Assembly (NCBI GenBank): GCA_051866635.1
Contig: JBJDXJ010000052.1
Span: 1-64,000 of the forward strand
Reading direction: 5' to 3'
DNA: 64,000 nt
Origin: Clostridia bacterium
GTDB taxonomy: Bacteria > Bacillota > Clostridia > UMGS1883
Every line of letters begins with the position of its first letter. Within the stretch, counting starts at the first letter, position 1. Positions 1 through 8,851 of the stretch are shown piece after piece. The notes below the pieces were generated by a model that was given only the letters and a program-made list of their open reading frames with translations, ran no database searches and was not told the DNA's origin. The position numbers and the translations under genes are program-made.

Positions 1-52
1 CTATGACCCTCTGCTTGTAAGGCAGATGCTCTCCCAGCTGAGCTAAACTCCC
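1..52 (-). tRNA. tRNA-Val(TAC), 3' end cut off by the window edge
   Basis: Reverse complement reads GGGAGTTTAGCTCAGCTGGGAGAGCATCTGCC-TTACAA-GCAGAGGGTCATAG, a typical D arm and anticodon arm with TAC. Confidence 0.95.
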
Positions 53-78
53 ATCTGCTGTCTTTCAACAACAATGTT

Positions 79-107
79 AATATAGCATAAACTTTCTGCT
101 TTGTCAA
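79..107 (-). promoter_or_regulatory. sigma-A promoter of tRNA-Val
   Basis: TTGACA-17 nt-TATATT on the minus strand. Confidence 0.75.
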
Positions 108-440
108 CACTTTTTTTGAAAAATTTGAAATTACAAAATTGCAATGTAAAACGCCCACAAATATCAGGCTGCATTTATTTGACTTTTTACCATGTTTTAA
201 GGCACACCTCTGAATATTTTTCTTGGAAAATCATTTATCATAACCTTGTGGATTTTTATATAGACATTACGACGATAGTTTCTAAAAAGAAATTATCGCC
301 TTTTTTATAAAAAATAATAATTAAATCCTAAGAAAACATGAGTAAATATTGAATTTAATGAAAAATCATGGTAAAATGCATCTATAGGTTAGAGTTTTAA
401 GTGCAAAAATAATTATTCAACAGGAAGTGACTAATCAATT

Positions 441-2393
441 ATGAAAAAGAAAGCATTTATAACGATAATAGTTTCATTAATACTGACTTCTTTCATTATG
501 TTAGAGGTATGTGCGTCAGGCATAAACTATTTGCCATATGTTACTAAAGAAATGTCAGATCCTTATTATTGGACTGAAAATGATGATTCTTTGATGACAT
601 ACGAGGAAATTGAAGAACTTAATGCTTTGACAGTATCCACAAACGGTACATATATGCATGATTTAAAAAATCAGCCGGAAACAATAGACGGTATAGCTTT
701 AAATGAGAGCATTAAACAATCCTCTCTTGCCGATGTATCATACTATCTCGGGTGGACATACCTTGGAAATGAAAAGATTGCAGAGCAGACAGATTATGAC
801 ATTTTAATAGAAAATACGCAAAATCCAAATCCGCAAAAGGTGCAACCTGTAAAATATGCGGTAGCTGTTTCAAGAACCTTTCTTCGTACTTTCCCATCAG
901 ATATACCAATATGGGATGACCCCGCTGACAAGGAATGTGATTATCAATACCTTACAGGTATTCGTGTAAATGAGCCATTGGTAATTACTTCTGTATCTTC
1001 CGACGGGAATTATTATCTGGCAAAAAGCATAGCTTGCACAGGTTGGGTTGCCGCTACAGATGTTGCCATATGTGCCGACAAAGCCCAGTGGCTTTCCGCA
1101 TGGGATTTACCTAAGGAGAAAACCCTTGTTGTATACGGTGACAGGGTATATACCGAAGTGTCATTAAGCGGTGAAATTACGTCAAATCTGCTTTTAACAA
1201 TGGGTACAACCCTTGAACTTGCAGATATTGAAAACCCAAATGAATTGATTGATAACCGTGCCGCATATCAAAATTTTGCGGTATGGATTCCTGTTCGGAA
1301 TGAGGACGGAAGTTATGCAAAAAAACTTACCCTTATTCCCGAGCACGCAGATGTTTCAGAGGGGTATTTACCCCTTACAGGAAAGAATATTGCAAAGGTT
1401 GCATTTGGTGCACTTGGCGATACATATGGTTGGGGAGGAGCGTTGTTCTCCGAAGACTGCTCAGGATACATACGAAACATATACAAGTGCTTTGGCTTGG
1501 AACTTGCACGTAATACCTCTTGGCAGGCTGTAATGCCCATGGCAAATGTTGATATGACCGATATGTGCCGTGAAGAACGGATAACTGTTCTTGATGCACT
1601 TCCCTTTGGGTCAATTCTGTTTTTCAAGGGTCACGAGATGCTTTATCTCGGAAAAGAAAACGGGAAATACTATGTTATCAGTGCTACAGGCAATATTCTT
1701 GAGCCGAAAGAAGGATTAAGTCGTCAGCGTATCCGCAGTACAATTATAAACACCTTGGACATAAGAAGGACAAGCGGTGTTACATGGCTTGATTCTTTGA
1801 CCGTTGCAAACGTGCCCTATTGGTCTTTGACAAAGAATAATGCTTACAACCTTCCAAAGCAAGCATGGTATCATGACGCAGTCGCATTTTGCACGAAAAA
1901 TAATATTATGCAGGGATATTCGGATAATATGTTTCATCCCGATGAAGAAATTACCCGTTGTCAGTTAGCTCAGCTTTTGTGGAATATGGAGGATAAGCCT
2001 GCTGTGGAAGAAACGGGAACATTTACTGATGTTAAAGATGATGATTGGTATGCAGAGGCTGTCAGGTGGTCGGTTTCTGAAAAGCTTATTATTTGTGAAA
2101 GCGAGAACACATTTTTGCCGGATAATCCCATATCACGGGAACAGCTTGCAAAAGTGATGTACTGTTATGCACAGTATAAGGGCTATGACACAACAGTAGG
2201 TGAAAACACCAATATTTTGTCTTATGATGATGCATTTGACATTTCCGAGGATGCGATAGTTTCCGTACAGTATGCTGTCGGTAGCGGATTTATGAGGGGA
2301 AAAGCCGAAAATACTTTTAACCCCAAAGATAATTTAACACGTGCAGAAACAGCACAGATACTTTACAGATTTATGGACATGGGTAATAAGTAG
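441..2393 (+). CDS. Secreted NlpC/P60 (C40) cell-wall peptidase with SH3-like domains and C-terminal SLH domains
   Basis: Signal peptide; YGWGG...DCSG and GHEMLYLG motifs; three SLH repeats (FHPDEEITR, FLPDNPISR, FNPKDNLTRAE). Confidence 0.85.
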   Translation: MKKKAFITIIVSLILTSFIMLEVCASGINYLPYVTKEMSDPYYWTENDDSLMTYEEIEELNALTVSTNGTYMHDLKNQPETIDGIALNESIKQSSLADVSYYLGWTYLGNEKIAEQTDYDILIENTQNPNPQKVQPVKYAVAVSRTFLRTFPSDIPIWDDPADKECDYQYLTGIRVNEPLVITSVSSDGNYYLAKSIACTGWVAATDVAICADKAQWLSAWDLPKEKTLVVYGDRVYTEVSLSGEITSNLLLTMGTTLELADIENPNELIDNRAAYQNFAVWIPVRNEDGSYAKKLTLIPEHADVSEGYLPLTGKNIAKVAFGALGDTYGWGGALFSEDCSGYIRNIYKCFGLELARNTSWQAVMPMANVDMTDMCREERITVLDALPFGSILFFKGHEMLYLGKENGKYYVISATGNILEPKEGLSRQRIRSTIINTLDIRRTSGVTWLDSLTVANVPYWSLTKNNAYNLPKQAWYHDAVAFCTKNNIMQGYSDNMFHPDEEITRCQLAQLLWNMEDKPAVEETGTFTDVKDDDWYAEAVRWSVSEKLIICESENTFLPDNPISREQLAKVMYCYAQYKGYDTTVGENTNILSYDDAFDISEDAIVSVQYAVGSGFMRGKAENTFNPKDNLTRAETAQILYRFMDMGNK

Positions 2394-2430
2394 TTTTAAT
2401 CAAATATTATTACTTAAATCAGGTGATAAA

Positions 2431-2996
2431 ATGAAAAAAACACTTTTTGTAAATGCATGCGTGCGTGAAAACTCCAGAACCCTTGAATTGGCAAGGTACA
2501 TGTTGGACAAGTTAAACGGTGAGATTTGTGAAATAAACTTAGAAAAGGAAAACTTAAAGCCACTTGACAGCGATATGCTCAAAAAAAGAGAACAACTTAC
2601 AAACGAAAACAATTTTTGTGATAATATGTTTAATTACGCAAAGAATTTTGCATCGGCGGATACCATAGTAATTGCCGCACCATACTGGGATTTGTCGTTC
2701 CCTGCACTTTTGAAAATCTATCTTGAACAGATAACAGTCTCGGGAATTACATTTAGGTATAAAAAAGGTGCCCCCATGGAATGTGCCGTGCAAGATGGCT
2801 AATTTACATAACAACCGCAGGCGGCTTAGTTTATGATAGCTTTGGATTTGAATATGTGAAGGCACTGGCACAGAAGCTTTACGGTATAAATGAAGTTCTG
2901 CTTTTCAAGGCAGAAAATCTTGATATAGAAGGCAATGATGTAACAGAAATTATAGATAAAGCAAAGGATAAAATAGATGCGGAAAGTTGGGAGTGA
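2431..2996 (+). pseudogene. Frameshifted flavodoxin-fold FMN-dependent NAD(P)H azoreductase/quinone reductase (AcpD/AzoR-like)
   Basis: ORF from 2431 (LFVNACVRENSRT, IVIAAPYWDLSFPALLKIYLE) continues in another frame as CRARWLIYITTAGG...; one base is missing near 2775-2780. Confidence 0.75.
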
Positions 2997-3961
2997 AATC
3001 CTTGGGCATAAAAGCAAGACAGTTTGCCGACGACGGTTGGGGAATATGGATAGACGGAGATGACAGAAGTACAGTTTACTTAAACGAATGGATTAATCCG
3101 AAGGGCAAAAGCTATGTGGATGTAGGTGTAAGAATTTACGGTGCCAAAGAAGCAGATGAGCTTAATATTTATGTTCCCTTTAAAATAAACAGTAACGAAA
3201 TAACGGATTTATCAGGTGAGCTTAATGACAGAGATATTTTAAGAGGACTTTTTAATACTTATGGCATTGTTGATGCAGAGAAAAATAAATATACGTCTGA
3301 AATTAAGTATGACTCTCGCATAGTAAGTCTTATCAAGCTTTATGATGAGATTTTGAAAGCAGAATATGTAGCTGACGGAACCGTAATAAAGGTGGCAATG
3401 AATAAAATCAGGCAATGTATAACAAGTGATGAGGCTTATGTTATATTCAGAATACCCCATATAACCTTAGATAAAATATTTGTACCACAAAGAAATGTCC
3501 GAGGAAGCATAGAAAGGCTTAAGGAGCTTATTTCAACGCCCACTGTTACAGAGAAATACGGATACTCTATACGCATTAATGAAGCAAGGCTTCTTCCTTG
3601 TGAGATTAATAAAATTGAAGTATTGCATCAGCAACGAATTCGCAAGGCACTTATTACCATTTCTATCAATGAAGAATATGAACTGAACGATTCTAATTGC
3701 TATCGCATACGTCGCATGGAAGAAGATTTATACAAGAACTATGCACCATTAGGCTTTGACTGCTCCGGTGCTATCACATATCAATGGGTGGAAGCGAGAG
3801 ACAAGAATATGAAGGCCCATTTTAACTTTTATTTTGACATTGTGCATAGCAAAATCAGCCCTAAAAGTGTAATGCTGTATGTGCTTATTATTTTAGTTAC
3901 GGCGGTAGCAGGCAGTGCACTGTATGATTTGATAAAGCTTATAATTACGCTATTATTGTGA
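2987..3961 (+). CDS. Hypothetical protein with a single C-terminal transmembrane helix (start may be TTG at 3002)
   Basis: 324-aa ORF overlapping the upstream stop; hydrophobic C-terminus VMLYVLIILVTAVAGSALYDLIKLIITLLL; no family recognised. Confidence 0.8.
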   Translation: MGVKSLGIKARQFADDGWGIWIDGDDRSTVYLNEWINPKGKSYVDVGVRIYGAKEADELNIYVPFKINSNEITDLSGELNDRDILRGLFNTYGIVDAEKNKYTSEIKYDSRIVSLIKLYDEILKAEYVADGTVIKVAMNKIRQCITSDEAYVIFRIPHITLDKIFVPQRNVRGSIERLKELISTPTVTEKYGYSIRINEARLLPCEINKIEVLHQQRIRKALITISINEEYELNDSNCYRIRRMEEDLYKNYAPLGFDCSGAITYQWVEARDKNMKAHFNFYFDIVHSKISPKSVMLYVLIILVTAVAGSALYDLIKLIITLLL

Positions 3962-3974
3962 GGAGGAATGATAT

Positions 3975-5048
3975 ATGAACTTAAAAAACAGGCTTATTTT
4001 AGAGGACTATAGAAAACAGCGGGACGATTTTGTGAAACTGGGCGATGTTGTTCACAATATGCTTACCGATATTGTTTCAGAATTGGGAATTACAGTGCTT
4101 GGCATCGAACACCGTGTGAAGGCAGAGAAGAGTCTTGCAGGCAAGCTGGAGCGAAACGGAGATTGGTATTCTCAATTTGAAGATTTAACTGATATTTTAG
4201 GTGCTCGCGTTATCTGCTTTTTCTCTGATGAAATTGATAAAATAGGTAAAAAAGTTGAGGAGTCTTTTGTAATTGACTGGGAAAATTCATCGGACAAAAG
4301 AGCACTGATTAAGGCAGACACCTTTGGATATTTGTCCCTTCACTACATCTGTTCACTGCCCTTTGGGGACAAGTGGCCTGACGAGATTTGCGGAAAAAGA
4401 TTTGAAATACAGATAAGGACAACTTTGCAGCATACATGGGCGGCAATAAATCACGACTTAGGTTACAAGAGCCAGTTTGGTGTTCCCAGGGAAGTTTCAA
4501 GACAGTTTGCACGGATTGCCGGACTTTTGGAAATTGCCGATGATGAATTTGTGCGTGTCCGCAATAACATGAAAAATTATACCGAGGACATCCGTCAGAA
4601 AATCATTGAAAATAAAGCCGATGATGTACATATTGATATGATTTCCTTAAATGAATATGTGAAGCGAAATGTCAGGATGCAGGAGTTAATTTCACACATT
4701 GCAAAGATAAGCAATGCGGAAATAAGCGAGATTGACCCGGAGAGTTATATTGTTCAGCTTAAATTTTTGGGCAAGGAAACACTGGGTGATTTACAAAATA
4801 TGTTAGAGGAAAACAGATGCCTTGCAGTAAAGCTTGCTGAAAAGTCCTTAGCAAACGCCGATTTGGACATACTTTCTTCAAGTGTCGGCTTGCGGTTTTT
4901 GTGTAGGGCAGAGCTGTTAAACAAAAATTGTTCACAAGAAACGATAACAGAATTTTTGAAGCTTTCTATGGGAACAGAAGAAAAAGCACAAAGGCAGGCA
5001 AAGCATTTGCTTCGTACTTATGAAAAAGTGAAGGAGGAATGTGAATGA
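3975..5048 (+). CDS. Small alarmone synthetase (RelA/SpoT synthetase domain) with a C-terminal extension
   Basis: HRVKAEKSLAGK, DLTDILGARVI, GYLSLHY and EIQIRTTLQHTWAAINHDLGYK motifs; AGGAGG RBS. Confidence 0.92.
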   Translation: MNLKNRLILEDYRKQRDDFVKLGDVVHNMLTDIVSELGITVLGIEHRVKAEKSLAGKLERNGDWYSQFEDLTDILGARVICFFSDEIDKIGKKVEESFVIDWENSSDKRALIKADTFGYLSLHYICSLPFGDKWPDEICGKRFEIQIRTTLQHTWAAINHDLGYKSQFGVPREVSRQFARIAGLLEIADDEFVRVRNNMKNYTEDIRQKIIENKADDVHIDMISLNEYVKRNVRMQELISHIAKISNAEISEIDPESYIVQLKFLGKETLGDLQNMLEENRCLAVKLAEKSLANADLDILSSSVGLRFLCRAELLNKNCSQETITEFLKLSMGTEEKAQRQAKHLLRTYEKVKEECE

Positions 5049-5578
5049 GTGATGAAGAACGTATAGATAAAGCCTTGCAGTTTGCAAGAGAAAAACACAA
5101 GGGGCAGTTTCGCATAGGCGGTGAGGAGTATATCACACATCCTATGGCGGTGTCTGAAATTGTGAAAGAGCAAGGTTACGGAATTGAAGTTCAAATTACA
5201 GCACTGTTTCACGATTTACTGGAAGATACCGATGCAACAGAGGATGAAATTTTATCTTACGGAAACGAAGAAATTTTAAAAGCCGTAAAGCTATTAACAA
5301 AGCAAAAGGGCTATAATATGGCAGAATACGTAGAAGGTATCCGCAAAAATGAAACAGCATTTATAGTAAAGGGGGCAGACAGACTGCATAACTTAAATTG
5401 TGCAGTTGTGGCAGATAGGGATTTTAAGCGAAAATATATTTTAGAAACAGTTGACTGGTATTTAGATTTTTCGCCTGAAATTCCAAAAGCGGTAAAAACC
5501 CTTGCGGAATCAATGGACACACCGCTTGTAGAACTGCCGTTTTTATATGAACCCATTGAAACATGGAAAATAAATTAA
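5045..5578 (+). CDS. Small alarmone hydrolase (Mesh1/SpoT-type HD domain)
   Basis: AREKHKGQFR...YITHP, LFHDLLEDT and VKGADRLHNL motifs; ATGA overlap with the synthetase stop. Confidence 0.9.
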   Translation: MSDEERIDKALQFAREKHKGQFRIGGEEYITHPMAVSEIVKEQGYGIEVQITALFHDLLEDTDATEDEILSYGNEEILKAVKLLTKQKGYNMAEYVEGIRKNETAFIVKGADRLHNLNCAVVADRDFKRKYILETVDWYLDFSPEIPKAVKTLAESMDTPLVELPFLYEPIETWKIN

Positions 5579-5598
5579 ATTTAAAGGGGAAATTTATT

Positions 5599-5895
5599 AT
5601 GACTATTGAAAAGAAAATCGAAAATGGAAACGTAACACTTACAATAAAAGGCAGACTTGATACAACAACAGCACCGGAACTTGATAAAACACTTGATGAT
5701 GTACTTGGAGGTACAAAAGAGCTTGTGTTTGATATGACAGGTCTTGAGTATATTTCATCGGCGGGACTCAGAGTAATCTTAAAAGCACAGAAGGCTATGA
5801 ATACACAGGGCAGTATGAAACTTATGGGCGTAAATGACAGTATTATGGAAGTATTTGATATTACAGGATTTTTAGATATTCTTACTATTGAGTAA
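5599..5895 (+). CDS. STAS-domain anti-sigma-factor antagonist (RsbV/SpoIIAA-like)
   Basis: GRLDTTTAP and FDMTGLEYISSAGLR with the phosphoacceptor Ser; ATG at 5599 after a GGGGA RBS. Confidence 0.92.
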   Translation: MTIEKKIENGNVTLTIKGRLDTTTAPELDKTLDDVLGGTKELVFDMTGLEYISSAGLRVILKAQKAMNTQGSMKLMGVNDSIMEVFDITGFLDILTIE

Positions 5896-5910
5896 TAAGG
5901 GGAGAAAGCT

Positions 5911-8712
5911 ATGACTTTGAAATTGCTGATACCTGCACTTTGTAATGCAGTTTTGGCGGTTGTTCTTTATTTAATAGAGAAAAAAACTCCTTTTACAAAA
6001 GTAAATAACCGAATTAAGCAATGCATTATTGGCATACTGTTCGGTGCACTGGCAGCATTTTCCTCAGAATACGGTGTTGATGTGGGAGGTGCCGTAATGA
6101 ATGTTCGTGACGCATCGCCCCTTTGTGCAGGGCTTATTTTCGGTGCCCCTGCAGGAATTATTTCGGGTGTTATCGGCGGTGCGTATCGCTACTTTGCCGT
6201 TTTTTGGGGTGCCGGTGAATATACAAGGCTTGCCTGTTCTGTTTCAACAGTGCTTGCAGGTTTTATAGCCGCTACTTTGCGAAAGTATATGTTTGACGAT
6301 AAAAAGCCCTCTTGGATATACGGTCTTGGAGTAGGTATGGTGTGTGAAGTTTTACACATGCTATTAATTTTCCTTACAAACATGACCGATGCAACACGTG
6401 CATTTACATTTGTACAAAGTTGTACCGTTTCCATGGTGTTGGCTAACGGCATTGGGGTGGGATTAGCAGTTATGGCGGTGTCAATTCTTGGCAAAGAAAA
6501 GATAAATCTTCGCAAGGAACAAAAGCAGATTTCCCAAACCTTTCAATTCTGGCTGTTTATATGCATTGTAATCGCTTATGTTACTACAAGTGTCTTTACA
6601 TATAGCTTGCAAACAGGTATGGCAAGCAAGGAAACAGAGGAAGTCATAAATATTAATTTAAGTGATGTTCATAAGGATATTACCGATGCTTCCGATGAAA
6701 ACTTACTTAAAATTACACGTGCTGTAAAGAATGAATATGTTTCTTATAATACGCCTCTTTCAGTTCTTTGCGAAAAGTATAATATAAAGGGAATAAACAT
6801 TGTTGATAAAAACGGGAAAATAGTTAATTCTACAATTCCTGACTTTATAGACTACGATATGGCCAGTGGAGAACAGTCAAAGGAATTTTTGGTGCTTCTT
6901 GACGGGCAGGAAGAGTTTGCACAGAAATATCAGCCACTTTCAATTGATAATTCGATTTCAAGAAAATATGCCGCTGTGAGGTTGCCTGACGGCGGATTTA
7001 TACAGGTAGGCTATGATGCCGAGCAGTTCCAAAATGATATTGACAGCATTGTTATAGATGCTGCAAATAACCGCCATGTGGGCAACAGCGGTTTTGTTGC
7101 AATCTGTGACGAAGCTTGGAATGTTGTTGTTGACCGCGGCGACTATTCGGGAAAAAATCTGAGCACAACGTACAGTTGGATTGATATGGACACAATGCCC
7201 GAAAATACGGTGTTTGAGGCAGAAGTCTACGGCCAATCTTATTTTGTTGCCTACACTTTTGCCGAGGGTTATTACATTATAGGTGCAATGCCTAAGAGTG
7301 AAGCCATGTTTATGCGAAATGTTTCCGTATATGTAAGTATATTTATGGAAATTATCATTTTTGCCGCCTTATTTATTTTGATTTATTTCTTAATAAAGAA
7401 AGTAATCATAGACAATTTGCGTAAAATAAACGGTAGCCTTGCCCAGATTACCGAAGGAAACCTTAATGTAACGGTAGATGTCCGTACTAATGAGGAATTT
7501 GCATCTCTTTCTGACGATATTAACCATACCGTTGGAACTTTAAAGCATTATATTAAAGAAGCGGCGGCAAGAATTGATAAGGAATTGGAATTTGCAAAAC
7601 AAATTCAGTATTCCGCACTTCCGTCTGTATTTCCTCCGTATCCAAACCGAAAGGATTTTGATATTTACGCACAAATGATAACTGCAAAAGAGGTCGGCGG
7701 TGATTTTTATGATTTTTATATGCTTTCTGAAAGCACCCTTGCCTTTTTAATTGCTGATGTATCGGGGAAGGGAATCCCTGCGGCAATGTTTATGATGCGG
7801 GCAAAGACCATCATTAAAGACCTTGCTGAAAGCGGTATGGAATTATCCGAAATTTTTGTTTCAGCCAATAAGAAGCTATGTGAGAACAATGATGCGGGTA
7901 TGTTTGTCACTGCGTGGATGGGAATACTGGACTTGAAAACAGGACTTCTGAAATTTGTCAATGCAGGACATAATCCGCCACTTATAAAGAAAGAAAACGG
8001 TGAATTTATCTATCTGAAAGATAGAAGCGGTATGGTACTTGCAGGCATGGAGGGAGTTAAATACCGTCAAAAGGAAATTCAGCTTATGCCGGGAGATAGA
8101 ATATTCCTTTACACAGACGGCGTAACCGAGGCAACAGACAAAAATAATCAGCTTTACGGTGAGGAACGCCTTTTGAAAACGGTGAACCAAAACATTGGAA
8201 AGGACACAAAAGATTTATGTGAAGCCGTAAAGATGGAGGTGGATAAGTTTGTTGGCAATGCACCGCAGTTTGACGATATTACCATGCTCAGTGTGGAACT
8301 TAAATATATCATGGATGAAAATTCCATTAGTGTAATTGCCGATGATAAATCCATAATTCCTGTCAGTGAGTTTGCAAACAGCCTTACAAAAAAACTTTCA
8401 GTTGTGCCGAAAATTGCAAATAAAGTTAGCATAGCCGTGGATGAAATATATTCCAATATAATAAATTACAGCCATGCGAAAATAGCAACGGTTTCTTACA
8501 GCATAGATGACTCAAAGCTCTATATGACTTTTACCGATGATGGCATGGAATACAATCCCCTTGAGGCCAAGGAACCTGATATTACCCTTTCTGCAGAGAA
8601 GAGAGAAATCGGGGGATTAGGAATTTTTATGGTAAAGAAAATGACTGAAAGCATGGAGTATATTTATGAGAATGATAAAAATATTTTGAAACTTGTCATA
8701 TCATTAAATTAA
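5911..8712 (+). CDS. Membrane sensor: LytS-type 5TM domain, extracellular Cache-like region, HAMP, SpoIIE/PP2C phosphatase and RsbW-type HATPase kinase
   Basis: N-terminal TM bundle (NVRDASPLCAGLIFG); HAMP (GNLNVTVDVRTNEEFASL); PP2C motifs VGGDFYD, IADVSGKG, NAGH, YTDGVTEA, DDIT; kinase motifs DEIYSNI, DDG, GGLGIF. Confidence 0.88.
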   Translation: MTLKLLIPALCNAVLAVVLYLIEKKTPFTKVNNRIKQCIIGILFGALAAFSSEYGVDVGGAVMNVRDASPLCAGLIFGAPAGIISGVIGGAYRYFAVFWGAGEYTRLACSVSTVLAGFIAATLRKYMFDDKKPSWIYGLGVGMVCEVLHMLLIFLTNMTDATRAFTFVQSCTVSMVLANGIGVGLAVMAVSILGKEKINLRKEQKQISQTFQFWLFICIVIAYVTTSVFTYSLQTGMASKETEEVININLSDVHKDITDASDENLLKITRAVKNEYVSYNTPLSVLCEKYNIKGINIVDKNGKIVNSTIPDFIDYDMASGEQSKEFLVLLDGQEEFAQKYQPLSIDNSISRKYAAVRLPDGGFIQVGYDAEQFQNDIDSIVIDAANNRHVGNSGFVAICDEAWNVVVDRGDYSGKNLSTTYSWIDMDTMPENTVFEAEVYGQSYFVAYTFAEGYYIIGAMPKSEAMFMRNVSVYVSIFMEIIIFAALFILIYFLIKKVIIDNLRKINGSLAQITEGNLNVTVDVRTNEEFASLSDDINHTVGTLKHYIKEAAARIDKELEFAKQIQYSALPSVFPPYPNRKDFDIYAQMITAKEVGGDFYDFYMLSESTLAFLIADVSGKGIPAAMFMMRAKTIIKDLAESGMELSEIFVSANKKLCENNDAGMFVTAWMGILDLKTGLLKFVNAGHNPPLIKKENGEFIYLKDRSGMVLAGMEGVKYRQKEIQLMPGDRIFLYTDGVTEATDKNNQLYGEERLLKTVNQNIGKDTKDLCEAVKMEVDKFVGNAPQFDDITMLSVELKYIMDENSISVIADDKSIIPVSEFANSLTKKLSVVPKIANKVSIAVDEIYSNIINYSHAKIATVSYSIDDSKLYMTFTDDGMEYNPLEAKEPDITLSAEKREIGGLGIFMVKKMTESMEYIYENDKNILKLVISLN

Positions 8713-8717
8713 AATCG

Positions 8718-8746
8718 TGTGGCGGTCGAAAGGCTGCCACATTTTT
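8718..8746 (+). terminator. Rho-independent terminator
   Basis: TGTGGCGGTC-GAAA-GGCTGCCACA followed by TTTTT. Confidence 0.8.
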
Positions 8747-8851
8747 GTATATCAATAAACGAGGTCATATAAAACAACTTTTACCCATAGTGACTTTCAT
8801 TGAATTATTTATTATACTCAAAATAAGGAAGAAATGAAAGGAAGACGAAAT

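Noticed and set aside
2758-2783. Programmed -1 ribosomal frameshift in the reductase gene
   Set aside because: The A-run is read AAA AAA GGT, not A AAA AAG, and family resemblance places the break after GAP, which fits a 1-bp deletion better
1-8712. Genomic island integrated at tRNA-Val
   Set aside because: The cluster lies on the 5' side of the tRNA, and no integrase or att duplication is visible
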